Assembly: GCA_017499595.2 (NCBI GenBank)
Contig: CM039007.1
Span: 62,001-126,000, forward strand
Length of the DNA stretch: 64,000 bases
Direction of reading: 5' to 3'
Origin: Psilocybe cubensis
Taxonomy: Eukaryota
Shown here piece by piece: positions 1 through 13,822 of the stretch. A program made the position numbers and the translations under genes. The notes beneath the pieces are model-generated. The model was given only the letters and a program-made list of their open reading frames with translations. It was not told the DNA's origin and ran no database searches. How positions within the stretch are numbered: the first letter of the stretch is position 1; each line of letters starts with the position of its first letter.

Positions 1-940
1 TCAAGAGGGATGAAGGACAGCCAGGTGAAGTCGTCGTTACTTTTTTTTCCCATTTTTGAATCGACGGACATCTCCCTCCCAAATTCTCCTCGCCAGCGCG
101 GATGAATGGAGCGCTCCGGGAAGCGACACGACTGGTGAGTACAGAGAAGAAACCCTGCACACGCTCTCTTTAGGAGGAAGTTTCTCACCAGGAAAAGGTC
201 CGCGAGCAGGCGTGGACGCAGCGGCCGACCGGTTAGAAGCCGCTTGAGTGGCCCTGCCTATTCGGGGGTGGATGCAGATCAGAAGGCGTTTAGTGGCGGC
301 CGTGATATCCCCCATGCTCTTATGCTCACGGAGGGAATACACTCACTCACTCCAAAGGACTTGTAATTCATATTAACCCTCATGGGCGCCTAATTCCACG
401 TATAGTATCGATCAAGGACTTGAGTTAAAGTAAGCACAGTACGTCCTGAATTACTCTCTTTAATAGACATAACGAAAGACCTCTCGTAACCCAATAACTG
501 TCATGTCGCACTGGTGTTCTAAAAATGAGCCGTGGGTCAACTACGACCCTTGATACATTAACAAGTAAGATTACACACGCGTCGAACACGTCTAGTCTTC
601 TCTGATGTTCTAGGATACGTGCCTTGTGAGTCGTGTATCCTCGATGTCTTCATCTACACGTTGTTTGACAATGACATCGTGCCTGCGTGAGAAATCGACG
701 AAGAGAACAATGGACTTCTAGGATTAACATGCAAGTAGCTTTTAGGCTGCTGTTTGACATACCAAATCTGGAGATTTCGAAACACCTCATGGCAGCACAT
801 TTGACGCTCCGATAGATTTTGGTGAGTCAATCACTGCAAGTTTTAAACGGTGCGTTTTCTTCCCCTTCACTTTCGCTTCAAAATATCCCCTCTCACTTGC
901 CTTCACAGCTCAATCTTTCCACTAGCGCTGCTGCCCGAAA

Positions 941-2104
941 TATGTCCATGCAAAACCTATATCAAACCTCGTTACCCACATACGCTGCGGTTGTGCACTC
1001 TCCGCAGTCCGACTCTGATGCGTCTAGCGTCAACGTTGACATCAGTTACCGGGAGATGGACGCTTTTATAAATTACGACTACAACTCGGACTCCGAGAAC
1101 CCAAATCCAAGCGTTGGCCCGGATAGAACCACGGAATCAGAGCAGAAAGAGCGTCAAACAAACTCACCTCCAAGCGCCAACCCCCATTCCAACTCCCAAC
1201 GTCTCGACACATGCAATAGTTCGGTTCTTCAGCAACAGCTGCATACCCCTTCATATACCCATAAACCATCACGACCTAAATTTTTATGGCCAAGTTACTT
1301 GGTAAGGAGATTTTGTCGTTTTTCAACATAGTCATTCACTAAAAATTCTGCAATAACCAGACTCCTTGTCTACCATATCACAATGTCGTTCCGTACCCGG
1401 GATACGGTCCACCCATCTACGTGCCACCTTCAAGATACATATCTTCCTCGTCCTCCACATCGGATACTGCTGGCCTGCGGAAACGTAAAAGTTCAGGAAT
1501 AGGTTCTCGGAATGCAAAAAAGGTATGTACTCTCGACTCCTAGTCATTGTTTCAATGCCCAAAGGCTGACATTGGTTAACATCTTTAGGCGTCCACTCGG
1601 AAGCCTCGGAGGCGCGCACCTGTGATTCGGAAGGCGAAAGCACCTAAGCAGAATACCACGGGAGTGTTAACCCCGGCTCAGGTGGCGGCTTTGCCTTGCG
1701 AAGAGCACACGGATAGTGTCGTCGCTCGGATTCTGGGTCTAGCTCCCAATACCCGTTTGGAGGATGCGTGGCCACAGGAAATGGACCCGTGGCGTTACAA
1801 CAAAGTACAAGTACTGATGCTCACAATATGTTGCTCCCCAGGACATAGAGCAACGTTTGAAGAGATTGAAACATATCTCATCAGGAAGTACCCAGCACTT
1901 AAAACAACACTATATGGCAAAAAATGGCGGGTAAGCCCAAGGTTTCCTTTTGCACATTTTGCATTGTCGTGTAATTTTTCATGTTTGAAGGGGACGTTGC
2001 GTGGCCATCTTTCTCATCGACCTGAGTTCAGGCGAATCTTGAGGCCAGATGCACACGGTGATTATTGGACTATTGACATCACCAAGCTTTTGCCCGGACG
2101 GTAA
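941..2104 (+). CDS. Divergent forkhead/winged-helix domain protein, multi-exon (start uncertain)
   Basis: Removing the GT-AG intron 1931-1990 gives ...LMLTICCSPGHRATFEEIETYLIRKYPAL...KKWRGTLRGHLSHRPEFRRILRPDAHGDYWTIDI*, which follows the forkhead pattern (AI.SSP.KRLTL.EIY.WI...YP...W.NSIRHNLS...F.KV.R...G.YW.LD). The N-terminal part (ORF 819..1331) is Ser/Pro-rich, with donors near 1302 and 1523. Confidence 0.7.
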
Positions 2105-3084
2105 AACGTAGAGGCCAATTCCCCTGACTACATTAGATAATTATATAAATCAGCTCTCATCGTGCTTTCTACTTGCTTTCTATTCCATCTCCATGTAATT
2201 CTTGTGTATTTCACACCCTGGCTATGTCACTATCAAATTATATTACTTACTTGAGGGACACAGATCTGTCAGCCATTTGACCGTTTAGATTATACTTTCA
2301 GCAGGGTGTAATAATGTAAAATAAATCATTCATTGTATTAGAAAAGTGATACGCTGGGTCAATTTTTGACAATCCAAGAGGGGCAGAAAACGCGTAGGGC
2401 GCGGCATGATACCTTGCTACTTTCGGCAACTAAGCTGTATGTGATGCTTATGGGAACTTTTCATTGAACACTCCATGATATTGTGGGAATAGCATGTTTA
2501 TGACCGCCTTGCAAAAAATGCAATTGAAACGATTCTGTTCTGAAACTTGACTCGAGTTCGCGGCCATTGACTTTAAAGTTGAAAGGCATTACATAGCAGA
2601 GAATGATAAAGTCACTTAGATTTCTGTTAAGAACTCTTGGTACTCTTTTAAAAAGCGGAAATTATGATGAATAGTAATCAGAATAAACACTGACACGATC
2701 AGAGTTGAAAAGGTTTCTAGGAAAGCCGCAATCGGAAAGAGTCGGGCTTCCAAGATGTTTTTGTTTGGTAAAGATGATATTGCCAAACACAACCATCTCG
2801 AGGTCGAACGTCGACTGATCTCCAATTCTCGCAGCAAAGATATATTGACACTCTCGCTACAAATATACACCTTGCCCGTGGTCAGAAATGGTCTCAATAC
2901 CCGTAAGAACATCAATCTTCCAACACCGGCCCCTCAATACAACACATCCAATACCACATCTCCACATGTCATACTTGCAAAGAATTATGGGCGATCGCTG
3001 GGGCTTGAGATATACAGGAACAGTAGTAGTGAGTAACCTTGAGTTCTTGTCGCTCATCTCCATATCTAACGAGCCACTCATGAA

Positions 3085-4036
3085 ATGAAGAGGAAACGCC
3101 GTTCGACCGTTCCAACGCACGAACTGCGGACACTGCTCCCACACCGTTTGGCCGAAATGCAACAGCCCATATACGACATCTCGGGGTACTTGTCGCCCAG
3201 GTTCCAAGTGTCTATGTTAGAATCCAAGACGCTTCCGTTCAGATTACGGTATCTGAGTTCAATGTTGGACGTACCATTCCCCGAAGGCACGCGAGGATTT
3301 CTCTACTTCAAGCACATGCCGAACCTGAGGAGCGAGGTGAGGTGGCGCGTATGCGAGGACCACGGGGCGTTTGACGGCGGCCATGACTTGGCTTTACCCT
3401 TTGGAGCTGCATGGTCTATTCCGTTGATCAAAATATTTAATTCCAAGAAATATTTCGCGCTCCGTTCGCTAATTTTTCGCGATGGCTTGGTGGACTCGCA
3501 GACTGTTGCTCTACTCGCGAGAGTTACTCCGAACAAGGACGAAGTAATATTATTCGACATTTTTGATCCCTTTGTGGTGGACTTTCTAGACATTTGCGTC
3601 AATATCTTACTGTTCAAGCGTAATCTAATTGCCAGAGGGTCAATATATCATGTGTTTTCAGAAGCAGCGCTTATTGAAAGGGCCAAAAACTACGCCGTGT
3701 ATTCAGGTAAGCACACACATAATGCTCAAAATTCTGCCCTGGCTCGGTGTGCTAATGCGTTTTACCCCAATATCATGACCAGGAAAAGCGTTGGTTCAAT
3801 TTGAGAGATGCCAAGATTACAATGGGGACGAGGCGCTATGTTTACGATTCTTGGAATTCTTAACACCGATAAAGTGCACCAAGCCCGATTACGATACTTC
3901 CGTGCAGCCACCAGTTGTTGGCGCATTGTTGCAGAAACGAAATTCATCTGACCTCCCATACCAACCGTGGATCTTTACACTGAAGTTTTCTGCGTTTGGA
4001 CGAGCTATAGCAAATATTTTGAGAATTTCCGTTTAA
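3085..4036 (+). CDS. Hypothetical protein of an Agaricomycete-type family, 2 or more exons
   Basis: ORFs 3085..3804 and 3791..4036 join in frame through intron ~3707-3782 (gtaagc...accag; YSG|KALVQFERC). Motifs GFLYF, EVRWRV, F.GG.DL..P.G..W.IPL. The true start may lie upstream. Confidence 0.6.
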
Positions 4037-6055
4037 TTTTGACCCGGTGCGTAGTTTCGTATGCCTTCCTAGTCTACGCCCTCGATTGACAGTGAACTTT
4101 TTGACAAGCAGTATTCATATTCTTTTAACCGATTTTATCCTATGCATACCATGGGGAACACAACATCTTCCGATAATCGCCCTTCACATTTAACAATAGC
4201 CTCCACATCGAAAATTTGAAGGAAAAACGATATCACCAGTTCTTCTCGTTGATCTCGACCGAGTTCACATCAACACCGTCCTTGAACCACCTCTCCTCTT
4301 CCAAAGTCTTCACGACGTTCGCGCTCATCTGTCTTTTCCTCGTCAGCCGGTCTGGCTCGAACGTCCAATCTTCAAGTCTGTAGGCACGTTACCATTGTCC
4401 TGAGGAGTCATGGTACTCGTACCCAAATTTCGGCTTACGGTTGCTCTTTGACACCTTCATTCAACTCAATGAGCTGTTGGAAGTTGTATCAAAAGCTCTC
4501 CGCTCAGCGGAGGCGCTGGCAGGCGGGATATTATTGCTGAGCCAGAAAACAGGATATCACCAATGGAACAAGAGCCGGGTCGTTTGGGTAGCTTGTAGGT
4601 GGTTTCATCATCGTCTATCGTTGTTGAATGGATGGGAGGATACCCCCCGTACGCCGATCGATGTTGTGTATGACGCGTAAGCTCCTCGCACTTCATTTCC
4701 TTAAAGAATAGCGCGACAACCGCTTTGCAACACCCTCACCACCCGCGTCGCTGCTTCTCCCTGTGTTTTTGAGTCGTAGGAGGTAGTGGCGGTAAAGGAA
4801 AGGGCGGCGTGACCGGGAGCATCAGTTTGTTTGGCCATATTGTGGACGTGGCGGACTCGATGACCCGGATGTGACTTTGCGAACTCGCAGACAACAAAGG
4901 AAGCCGAGAGGCAGTGCGACAGGGTTGGTGCAGTAATGTAGGAAGGGAAGAAGGCAGAGGATATGTAGAGCCGGGCTCTGGACAATGTAGAAATGCAGCT
5001 GTAATAGGAAGATCGTGAGAGGGAGTTGAGGGAAATGACAAAGGTTGAACGGGGTTTAGGTTTTTTTGGCTCAGCTACACGCATATACGGACGCTTAAAA
5101 TTATGAAAATGGCTCTACCACACGCATATTGTGATCGCCAATGCAACTTTCAGGCTGTTCGTCCTATTCCAGAGTTGACCCCGGCCGTGGTCAAGCCGAT
5201 GACGATTATGCTAAAACTTGATAGTATCATGCACCAGTTGCCGGATACCAAGGTGTGCAGAAGATAGCATAAATTTTATGATTTCTCCTCATATTCTGAC
5301 GGCTCTCTTTTTACACTGTGTAGAATGAATATGACGAATCTGCTTCGGGAATGGTTCCCCGGAGGTGAGACAGAGACGAAGATGCATGGATGTACCAGAC
5401 CCCCTGGTTCCCTGACGATAAATGATACAAGAAAAACTTTCACAACATTCTCAAGTGCGTCTCACCCGAAGCTAGAGGATGTTGCATGTTCATTACCAAA
5501 ATCTGTCGTAGCGCAGGCGGAAGAATGAAGAACTCTGAAAATATGCTCCATCACGTCTCCGGATATCGTACATAGCAACATAATGGAGGCAAGAACGCAT
5601 CTCATAGAATTCCAACGTGTACATGAGGACAAAATAGCAGCATATAAGCTCTAAAACTCGGAGAATGCAGAGGCAGCATGAGGTCCAAACGATTTACTAG
5701 TTAGTTGAAAGGTTATTTTGCTGATCAACCGCCACAAAGCAATGATATATCAACTACGCATACACTAGCGCTAACATCAGACGGGATAGTTAACTAATTC
5801 ATCAAGCTTAAGTTGATGCAACTGCCGCCCAAGTTGGTGCCGAGGCTAGCGGACTCTGCAATTGTCGTTCATTAATATCCTTTTTTCTCAAAGACGAGAT
5901 TACATGATGATCAACTGTGGAGACTGGCCACAGATGGGTGTACCAGAAACTGGATGGAAATTCAAAATAAACAAAGAAGACAACTATAAAGAGTATCGCA
6001 TGGATTACTTCTACAGTAGGCTTTCAGGAAACAGCATTCAAGACTCTCGTACTCA

Positions 6056-6558
6056 ATGCACTTCAACTATATAATCGCTTTCACATTCGCTGCAATCTCC
6101 AACGTTATTGCTGGCGCAGTTCCTGCACCGGTGAGGTGTCCTCCTTTACCTGCCCACTCATCATCTAATAACATCTGCAGCCCAACAATGGCGGCATCAT
6201 GTCGCTCGAAGAAATGAAATCATGGGTCAGCGCTTTACCCCCAGACGAAGTGACTCTCATCGGGGACCCGTTCTCTGCCCTCTCCTTGCGCTCTGCATCG
6301 GCAGTCACCGTCACATTCTGCAGCACCCGCTCAGGCACCACCTGCACCGGGCCATGCCACACGGAGACAATTGCAGGCGGCACCTGTGTCGAAGCTCCAA
6401 ACACCAATTGCATCGGGGCCACTGGCCAGGTTACATTCTGCGATCGTGCTGGATGCGGCGGAACATGTAATGAGATCAACTCGTGCGGAACGCGCTTGGA
6501 AAACAATTTTTGCTTCACTCCGGGCACCAAGTCAATTGGTATCCCTGCTGGAGCATAA
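6056..6558 (+). CDS. Small secreted cysteine-rich protein (10 Cys)
   Basis: Exon 1 6056-6130 encodes the signal peptide MHFNYIIAFTFAAISNVIAGAVPAP; intron 6131-6180 (gtgagg...ctgcag); exon 2 is in frame with ORF 6199..6558. TATAAA at 5985. Internal repeat VTFC..C.G.C occurs twice. Confidence 0.85.
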
Positions 6559-7009
6559 GGAATTGTCTAGTGCGAGGTTAGTTGGCGCAGATTTGCTACG
6601 TCTGGATATCTTCTCATCCTGTTTTCGCAGTGGCAAGAATTGTATCGCATTAGGTTCCAGTGCTTTAATCTTTGAATGAAGAATGAAGAAATTACTTAAA
6701 AAATTAGACAAAACAAAAGATTAGGATTGAAGGAGCAGGGACCCATTTATGTTGAACATAATGTTGAATACCTGTTGTAAGAAACGTAGTTGCCTTCAAC
6801 GCACTTGTTTATACATTATGTCTTCTTCCCACGGTACTTTTTAGAGACGGATCTCCGAAAAAAAACAAGCATACAGAAGTGAGAAAGGACAAAGAAATAA
6901 TAAATTAACAAAAACATCGCTTTCTCAAATTCCATGCTCCCTCGACGCCTTCACTCGCGTCAGAGTCGAGAGGTTACGGGTACACTTCAAAGGAACGCTG
7001 CCCCCTCAA

Positions 7010-7465
7010 TTGAGGCGTGGGAACATATTCACATGACTTGTTGGACTTAACCGAACAATGCCCGAATGCCCGAACGGCTTTTCTCCTGCTTTCCAACGCG
7101 CAAGAGCACCAAAGTTCACCATGCCTGGATTGAAAGGTCCTAGTGAATGTCACAGGACTCTTAGTGTGTGACGGCCAATGTGGGGGGTTCGATATATATG
7201 CATCTGCCGTCGACTACTTCTGTATTGCCAACCCCCTTCTTGTGTTTTCTCCTCCCATGCCTGTTCAGCGTACGTTCCGGGGGTCTTTGATTTTCTGGCT
7301 TAGCATTAACTGTCCATTTCCTTAACTAGTAAATGTATTTTACAAGAACGACATCATGACGCATTCAGCTGGGATGAAGGGCTGGTTCAAAAGACGTGGA
7401 CACCAGGAGTCAACGGGGACAACATTGATATCGCCAGACTCCATTTCAAGGTGCGTAGCTACCTA
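7010..7465 (+). repeat. Diverged direct repeat, copy A (copy B ~15294-15750)
   Basis: Shared blocks tgaggcgtgggaa..cacatgacttgt.ggacttaaccga.caatgcccgaa, tacgttccggg, gatgaagg..tggtt...agacgtggaca and tcaaggtgcgtag.tacct. Confidence 0.75.
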
Positions 7466-9060
7466 GACCTACCACCCCTTCTTCCATCGTTCCTCACGCT
7501 AAATCAACTTCCTCAATCGTGCCTCTCCCTCAATCATGTCACCCTCTCGCTTTCCCCCTTCCTGCGCTCCACCATGTCGACGATTCTCTCAACTCGACTT
7601 CCCATCTCTCAGCATCACCTACTTCAGTCAAAGACTGTTTATACTCCGCATACACTCCTCCCCGTTACGGCTTTCACGCCTGTCTACTGAAATACAACAT
7701 ATCCGCATACACACAGGCATGCTCCAGCACCTTGAAATCCGTGCCCCCCCCCCCCCCCCAAAGTAAATGTTTCCGAGGTATGAGATTCGCATGCGCACAA
7801 GTATCACTAACAAGACGTCTTCTTTCTTCCAGACGCACCCACTGTATCCGTGTGCAAGAAATCCTACAAGCAGAGCTACCTGGCGACTTCTCGAAGCGAC
7901 ACCGATTGTAAGGTGCATTGTCAGGAAGGGTACCAAAGCACATCTGGTAAGTCATATTATGTCCCCATTGCTCTCAGTCCTTCGTTTCCCCCTCTCTCGT
8001 TCCCCCATCTTCGCACAAGCCCCTCGTTCGAATGTGGGAGCTGACCCCGGCTATATGCATGCAACTCTCCAGTTATCCGGGTATGGGAGTGAAGAAGTGG
8101 GCAACGTAGACCAACCAGGACCTTAGGACATGGCTTCATGTTCGGTGATACGAATACCGAGGTGTGTTATACAAACCACCTGACAGCGCATATAATCGAT
8201 ATCCATACCAGTACCCTGATTTCAATGTTCATCAATCATTAGTTACAGTCCCCCCAAATACCCCATAGTGACGCCCACATCCTATTTTCCTCCCTGGGGA
8301 GCTCGACTCTGTTCTCGCCACGTCAGCCGTCCCCACGACCCAGATAAGAAGCGCTCGCCTGCATACACCCTTCCTTCATCGTCTCTATGCATCAGGTGGT
8401 GGTGGACCACACGGATCGGCACGAGCTCACTTTCTTATCATCTCATTTTGCAGGGTTTCGGGGATTTAGAAAGACGGTCAGCAACGACGAGCGCCAAGTG
8501 ACTGCATGTGAGTCGGATACCTTCTATAGTACCTCGACACCTAACGCAGCATGATTGCTTTGTAGAGCATCATCGCTCAGAAGCAGCGATCCGGTGTTGG
8601 AATCTCATACTCGCTGTCATGCTCAGCGATTACGTGGCGACAGGCGTTCGACTAAGTCTATGGTTGGCCAGGATGGAGGGATGAGTGTGGCGGATAATAC
8701 GTATGGCTAGTGAGTTTATGTGTATCTCGCATATTGGATAATCGGTCTTTTCATATGGTGGTTGTTTCTCTGAATTGCATACCAATAGTTACCGATACAT
8801 TCCTCGTCTGTGCTCCAGACTAGTATACTCTAATGTCGATTCTCTCGTGCAGGTAGGAGTCACGATAAGTCTTAGTATAGATCTCTTTCATCGCGTCACC
8901 GACTCTTCATTTCAACACGGACAGAAAATATGAACAGGATAGGCCTAACAATGTTACGCCTACCCAACCAGATATGTTCTATTGCGTTAGCGAGCGATTC
9001 CGGACCCTTCAAGGCACAACACATTCTTAGCCCACCAAACGACATTTAAGCGCCCGAAAT

Positions 9061-11158
9061 TTACACCTCCGTCATTATATCATTCCATCCATAAACGTGC
9101 TGGTTTTGTAATCCTCCTACAAGCCAGATTAACATACGACCTAAACAAACACATGCATTGCGCTAGACTTACATTTTCCCCTCGTGCGCGGGTCGTTTCC
9201 CTTGTAACTAGGACATGGACGTGATTTCCATCGCCGGTCATATCATGTGCCCCTGCTCCTGTACTAGACACTGCACCCAAGGAAATACTATTCCATTCAA
9301 GATTTTCACTCTCTGACTTCGACTTTTGGAGAGTGTTTTGACGGGAATTGAGACTAAAGAAACACGGTAAGACCAAGGTGAGTAAAGCACAGCGTTCCCT
9401 TTCTAGCATCAGTCATACGTTGCCAGAGCACTATTCATGTATACTGTAGATGTCAGATTAATCATTGGTTTTCTCTGACTTAAATCCACATACATTTTCC
9501 GCTCAACTCAAGACCGATGAAAAAGTAAAATGTCCCAGGAAGGGCGAGAAACTGGCGATGAGATGAATTATTATAATGACAAGGAAGAAGTAGGCACAAG
9601 AGCCGACGCACCAGGACCGTGTTTAGCAATGCGCATATAGATGTTAATATTCCTCTGTTGACGGCATATACAATGAGGGTCGTCAAAATATTGTTGCTTC
9701 TATATACATAGGTGTTGAGCATCACAGCGTGCACTCCTGTTAAAAGGAGGTAAAACATACGATTTCATATTACCCTTGCGTTTTGATAAATATGTTACCA
9801 ACGACACAGTGATAATACAGTCACAAATGACTGTTGCAACCGCTTGTAACGATAATGCTGCCTGTATAAGTCGTTAATGCACAGTTAGGATATGGTCCCT
9901 CTTAGGTAGTAGCGTGGCAGAGCTGTATTTACTTTGGCATTGAACAATTGCAGAAATGAAGTCATACGAAGCCTGTTTCATGAATCAGCACCAATAATCT
10001 AATGTAAGCATAGAAGAAAAACCAAACATACGTCGTAATAGTCTGGGCTTCAGTGAAGTCAATAAGAATAGATATTGTCCGCAAATGAAAGAGTCTATTT
10101 ACCCAGGCCTGAGCCTATGGTGAAAGTAAGAGGAATCCACTGTCAATAAAGCGGAAGTTGGTCAACAGCTGGGATTGATACATACCAATCTGTACCACAG
10201 CTAGCGCAAGCTAGAAACCTAATTATCAGCCAAACCGATTTATGTATCATTACAATGTTACTGCAAACATACAATGATTCCAGGAATGATGAAGTTTTTT
10301 TTGTTTACTGTCATCAGAACGGAGAATTTGAGGTGGAAACCAATTTCTGAGATAGATCGTGTCTTACACACGTAAATGCAATACGCATAATATCTATACA
10401 ATATTGAGAAATATTTCTCGGCATTGAAGACGTGCGACTAACATTTGTACAATGAACGCAGAGGCATACTGATGGTTTGAAGCACATTCATAAATCTGAA
10501 CATCGTGACAGAACAAAAACTGGAACGAACCATTGCAAACAGCTGGGCCTATAACACTAGAGTTAGACCAATATACAAACGCTCATAAGATCAATAGACT
10601 GACTGAATCTTCCCTAGATAATCGCGTTGAAACAATCAGGTAATCTGCTAGTTTATCATTGTAAATTTCATAGCTTGCCAATGTGTCATCATCAGCCCAG
10701 GGAAGTTTCCAAAGTTCTGAATGAGGTATTTGTAGGTGACCTGGACAAACACTACTATTTGGAAGGTTTCAATCAACCTATTGTCGAGATGTTAGTACAA
10801 ATTACGAGCACGTTAAACCGTACAAGTCGTACACCAATGACATGACCTATAAATGCACAAGCTATTGATTGGTCGCGAAGATGGATAAAGATTATATTTG
10901 ACTTACCATGCCTTTAATCCCCCAGTGATCCTTGGTGTACCAGTGGAAGTACAACCATCCCTGTAACATACCGCAGCCTTGAAGTCTAATGGCAATAAGC
11001 AGTGCCGCCAACAGATTCAAATGATGCAACATGGCTTACAGGGTCTGAAGCCAAACAATAATGAACCAGATACCATAGGTTGGTCCTATGGGAAGTACAT
11101 CATCCTTTGTTGGGAGGTTCATCTACGCAGTGTAGAACACAACATCATTGCATGGCAT
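9061..11158 (-). CDS. Multi-exon fungal integral membrane protein (DUF6534-like, 7TM-like); start approximate
   Basis: Many short exons. Readable peptides include GPTYGIWFIIVWLQTL, YGCMLQGWLYFHWY..D, NNILTTLIVYAVNRGILTSICALLNTVL, FLALPGTFYFFIGLELSGK, YMNSALAT and LNSRQ, the usual DUF6534-type TM5-TM7 pattern. Confidence 0.7.
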
Positions 11159-12711
11159 GCAACTTTATACGCTGCTCCCAGTTTCAATAATAGCAGAGGG
11201 AGAAGCTGCGTTGACTTCGTTGATCTTTCCGTAGGTGACGGGTTACTTTTAAAGTCATATCCCCCCAATTTGCATCATGATGGGAAAGATTTATTGAAGC
11301 TTCCCCGCTGTTCATAATAAACCATTCTTTGATGATCAAACGAGTGAATACATTGACGCTCCAGGTTCTCTTTCTTCTCGATTGATGATATTTTTATCTG
11401 CAAAATCAAGGGTATAAAATTACACACCGCAGCACCATAATTGTATTACCTCTAGGTTTGTTGGTGCTATAATGAGAAGATAAGTCAGGATTAATATGGA
11501 TACAACTCCGCACCCTTGATGCTAGTGCAACTCGATCTGATATTGGACAGCTAACTTAGTCCTGTTGCTGATTCTGTGGAATGGACGAGATAAGTAAGCT
11601 TAAGATATGTTCAGTCTACAAGGACACGCCCGAGATGACCATGCTTTACAGGTTTATAAGGCTATAACATTCGTTGTTTCTTTTGTAACGACTTCTTAGC
11701 CTCATCAATATGACCTATCATAATCAATTTGACGCAATAGCGTGACTTTGATTACTGCTATGGAAAACTGTTGGGAATTTTTAGTTGCAAACTTTTCGAC
11801 TGAATATTAACAGGTAATCACAACGAGCCGCCGATGACTTGTCCACAGTTGATACAATAAAATGGATACACCTAAACCCCTATGAGTCTTATATCTAACA
11901 AGGGCGTGCACGCAGATAATTGTGTAGAACGCCTGTAACCTTTTTCATTACTCTGTATGCGGTGACGTAGATACCTAAATTTGTAACATATGCCGAACAA
12001 TGGCAATTCCGGCATAAGCGATAAAAGTGTCCGCTCGTTCTAAGTCAAGCATTGGATCTTGTTTTCCAGACTGCCTGATCTTTGATTTTGTAGAAGTTCC
12101 ACTGGATCAAGAACCACCGTAGTACAGCAGCAAATATTGGATTGTATAACGGCCATGTGGATTATGATACTAGAGAGTCTTCTCTGTGAGTAAGCCGTAT
12201 CACTATCGTTGTTGTAGAGATCCCCTTGCATTCCGAGGGGTTTATTCAACACCCATAAATTAATAAACGCTAGGGAAATGCGTACCGGGAAAATGAGAAT
12301 CAATTCATTGATGTAGTATGACACAGTCCCCATGATGGACGGGTAAATTATCTTTGAGGCATATAGCGCGACAGCGAGAGAGTTCACGACATCCGACAGG
12401 GGGTGAAGAAACCCATCGCAAAACTGTGTGATACCAATGGTGACCGTGGGAGATCTTGCCGATTCTTGCCGCGAACGGTTGCCGGTCTATGTTGGGAGGA
12501 AAATGTGGATAAAAGCCTATCTGTTGAAGCGTTATTTCTGTCTAAGCGGAAATTTGGATACCAAAATATAACATGGCAGCGGGATCTAGGACCGATACCA
12601 TGTTTCTTTCGTGCGAATATCTATATCAACTCAAATGAATATCTCAGGTTCAGACTACGGTGTCCAGTTTTATCTGACAATCAAGCGTGAAAAACTAAAT
12701 TACAGACCTAT

Positions 12712-13120
12712 GATGCCGTGGTAGTACCTATACTTCAGCTAACATGTTCCGGGTGAAAGAGAACGCCGAATGCAACATTTCTTATTATTCGTTTTTTCCG
12801 CAGTCTTCGACATCGTGTGTGATACCTCATGCTATGCGCTGCCAACAGACATTATGACCAGTTCTGAAGATTATCGAACCGGAGTGGCCCCACTGCAACT
12901 ACCTTTTCAAACATGCGACGTGGGATCTTCAGATTAGATCAGTTCTTAAAACAAATGAGTTGTTGTATTTTGACATGTGGAATGTTCCAATACATGGTAA
13001 ACGTTACCTTCAATTATGTAGTACGGCAATGAACTCCGGAATGAATACCCACCTTTTACATACTTTTGATGCGTGAGGATCAAAGAGTTTACTGGTAATA
13101 TTAAATCGAAGATTTAATTT
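12712..13120 (+). promoter_or_regulatory. Conserved upstream non-coding module of peptide gene 1 (paralogous copies ~17640-18060 and ~41745-42165)
   Basis: Shared motifs cc(g/a)tgg..gta..., ggtgaaa..gaacgccgaatgca.c.t..ttatt.ttcg, and cggcaatgaa in all three copies. Regulatory function is inferred. Confidence 0.55.
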
Positions 13121-13383
13121 TGACAGACTAAAAACAATTGTTTTCATGTCCATAAATGTGATGAGTACTTGTATATTAGATTGATGAATCCCTAGCTTTA
13201 CTGTTATCATAGGTTGCCATCTATACACGTCCAATGGTGCATGAAATATTAAGATATAAATATGCCTACCCAACCCCATATAAGCTGGAAGTGTTGAATG
13301 ACTGTATACCAACAAGCAGAGCAGAGTCTTCTGTAGTGTTCAACAAAGATCTACCGTTATAGCAACTCCCACCTTACTTAATA

Positions 13384-13822
13384 ATGCGATCCCACTGCAC
13401 AATCCTTCTCTCTTTCTCTGTTATGTTGAGCACGGCGCTTCTGGCGACGGCTCAAACCGCATCAGCTCAAAGCCGTCTCGACACCTTCTGCAAGGCTGCT
13501 GAAGTCGCGTGCAGCAATGTCGAAAGCACCAAACTAGCTGCCGACTCTTCATTCACTGCACAAAAGCAAATTGATGTGCATGACGCCAAGTGAGCTACAT
13601 TCTGTTTTTCCAATGTTGCAGAGCTTTGACTTAACGTGATGTGTGCAATAAAGGGACCTCAATGCAGAGAAAGTGCCGATCCAAACCATCAAGAAAACGT
13701 GCCCCGAAGGATACGATTGGTGTATTGCAGAGTGCAAAAGTAATGTGGAAGGTGGCGTGCATGGTGGCATGCATGGTGCATATCCAGGATGTCTTTTTGA
13801 CTGCCTCCGATGCTTGTTATGA
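13384..13822 (+). CDS. Secreted Cys-rich 'CPEGY' peptide precursor, paralog 1
   Basis: Signal peptide; intron 13590-13653; exon 2 KDLNAEKVPIQTIKKTCPEGYDWCIAECKSNVEGGVHGGMHGAYPGCLFDCLRCLL*. Confidence 0.88.

Noticed and set aside
4230..5084. Possible small spliced minus-strand gene
   Set aside because: Some splice-like signals are present, but I could not build a consistent model or recognise any motif.
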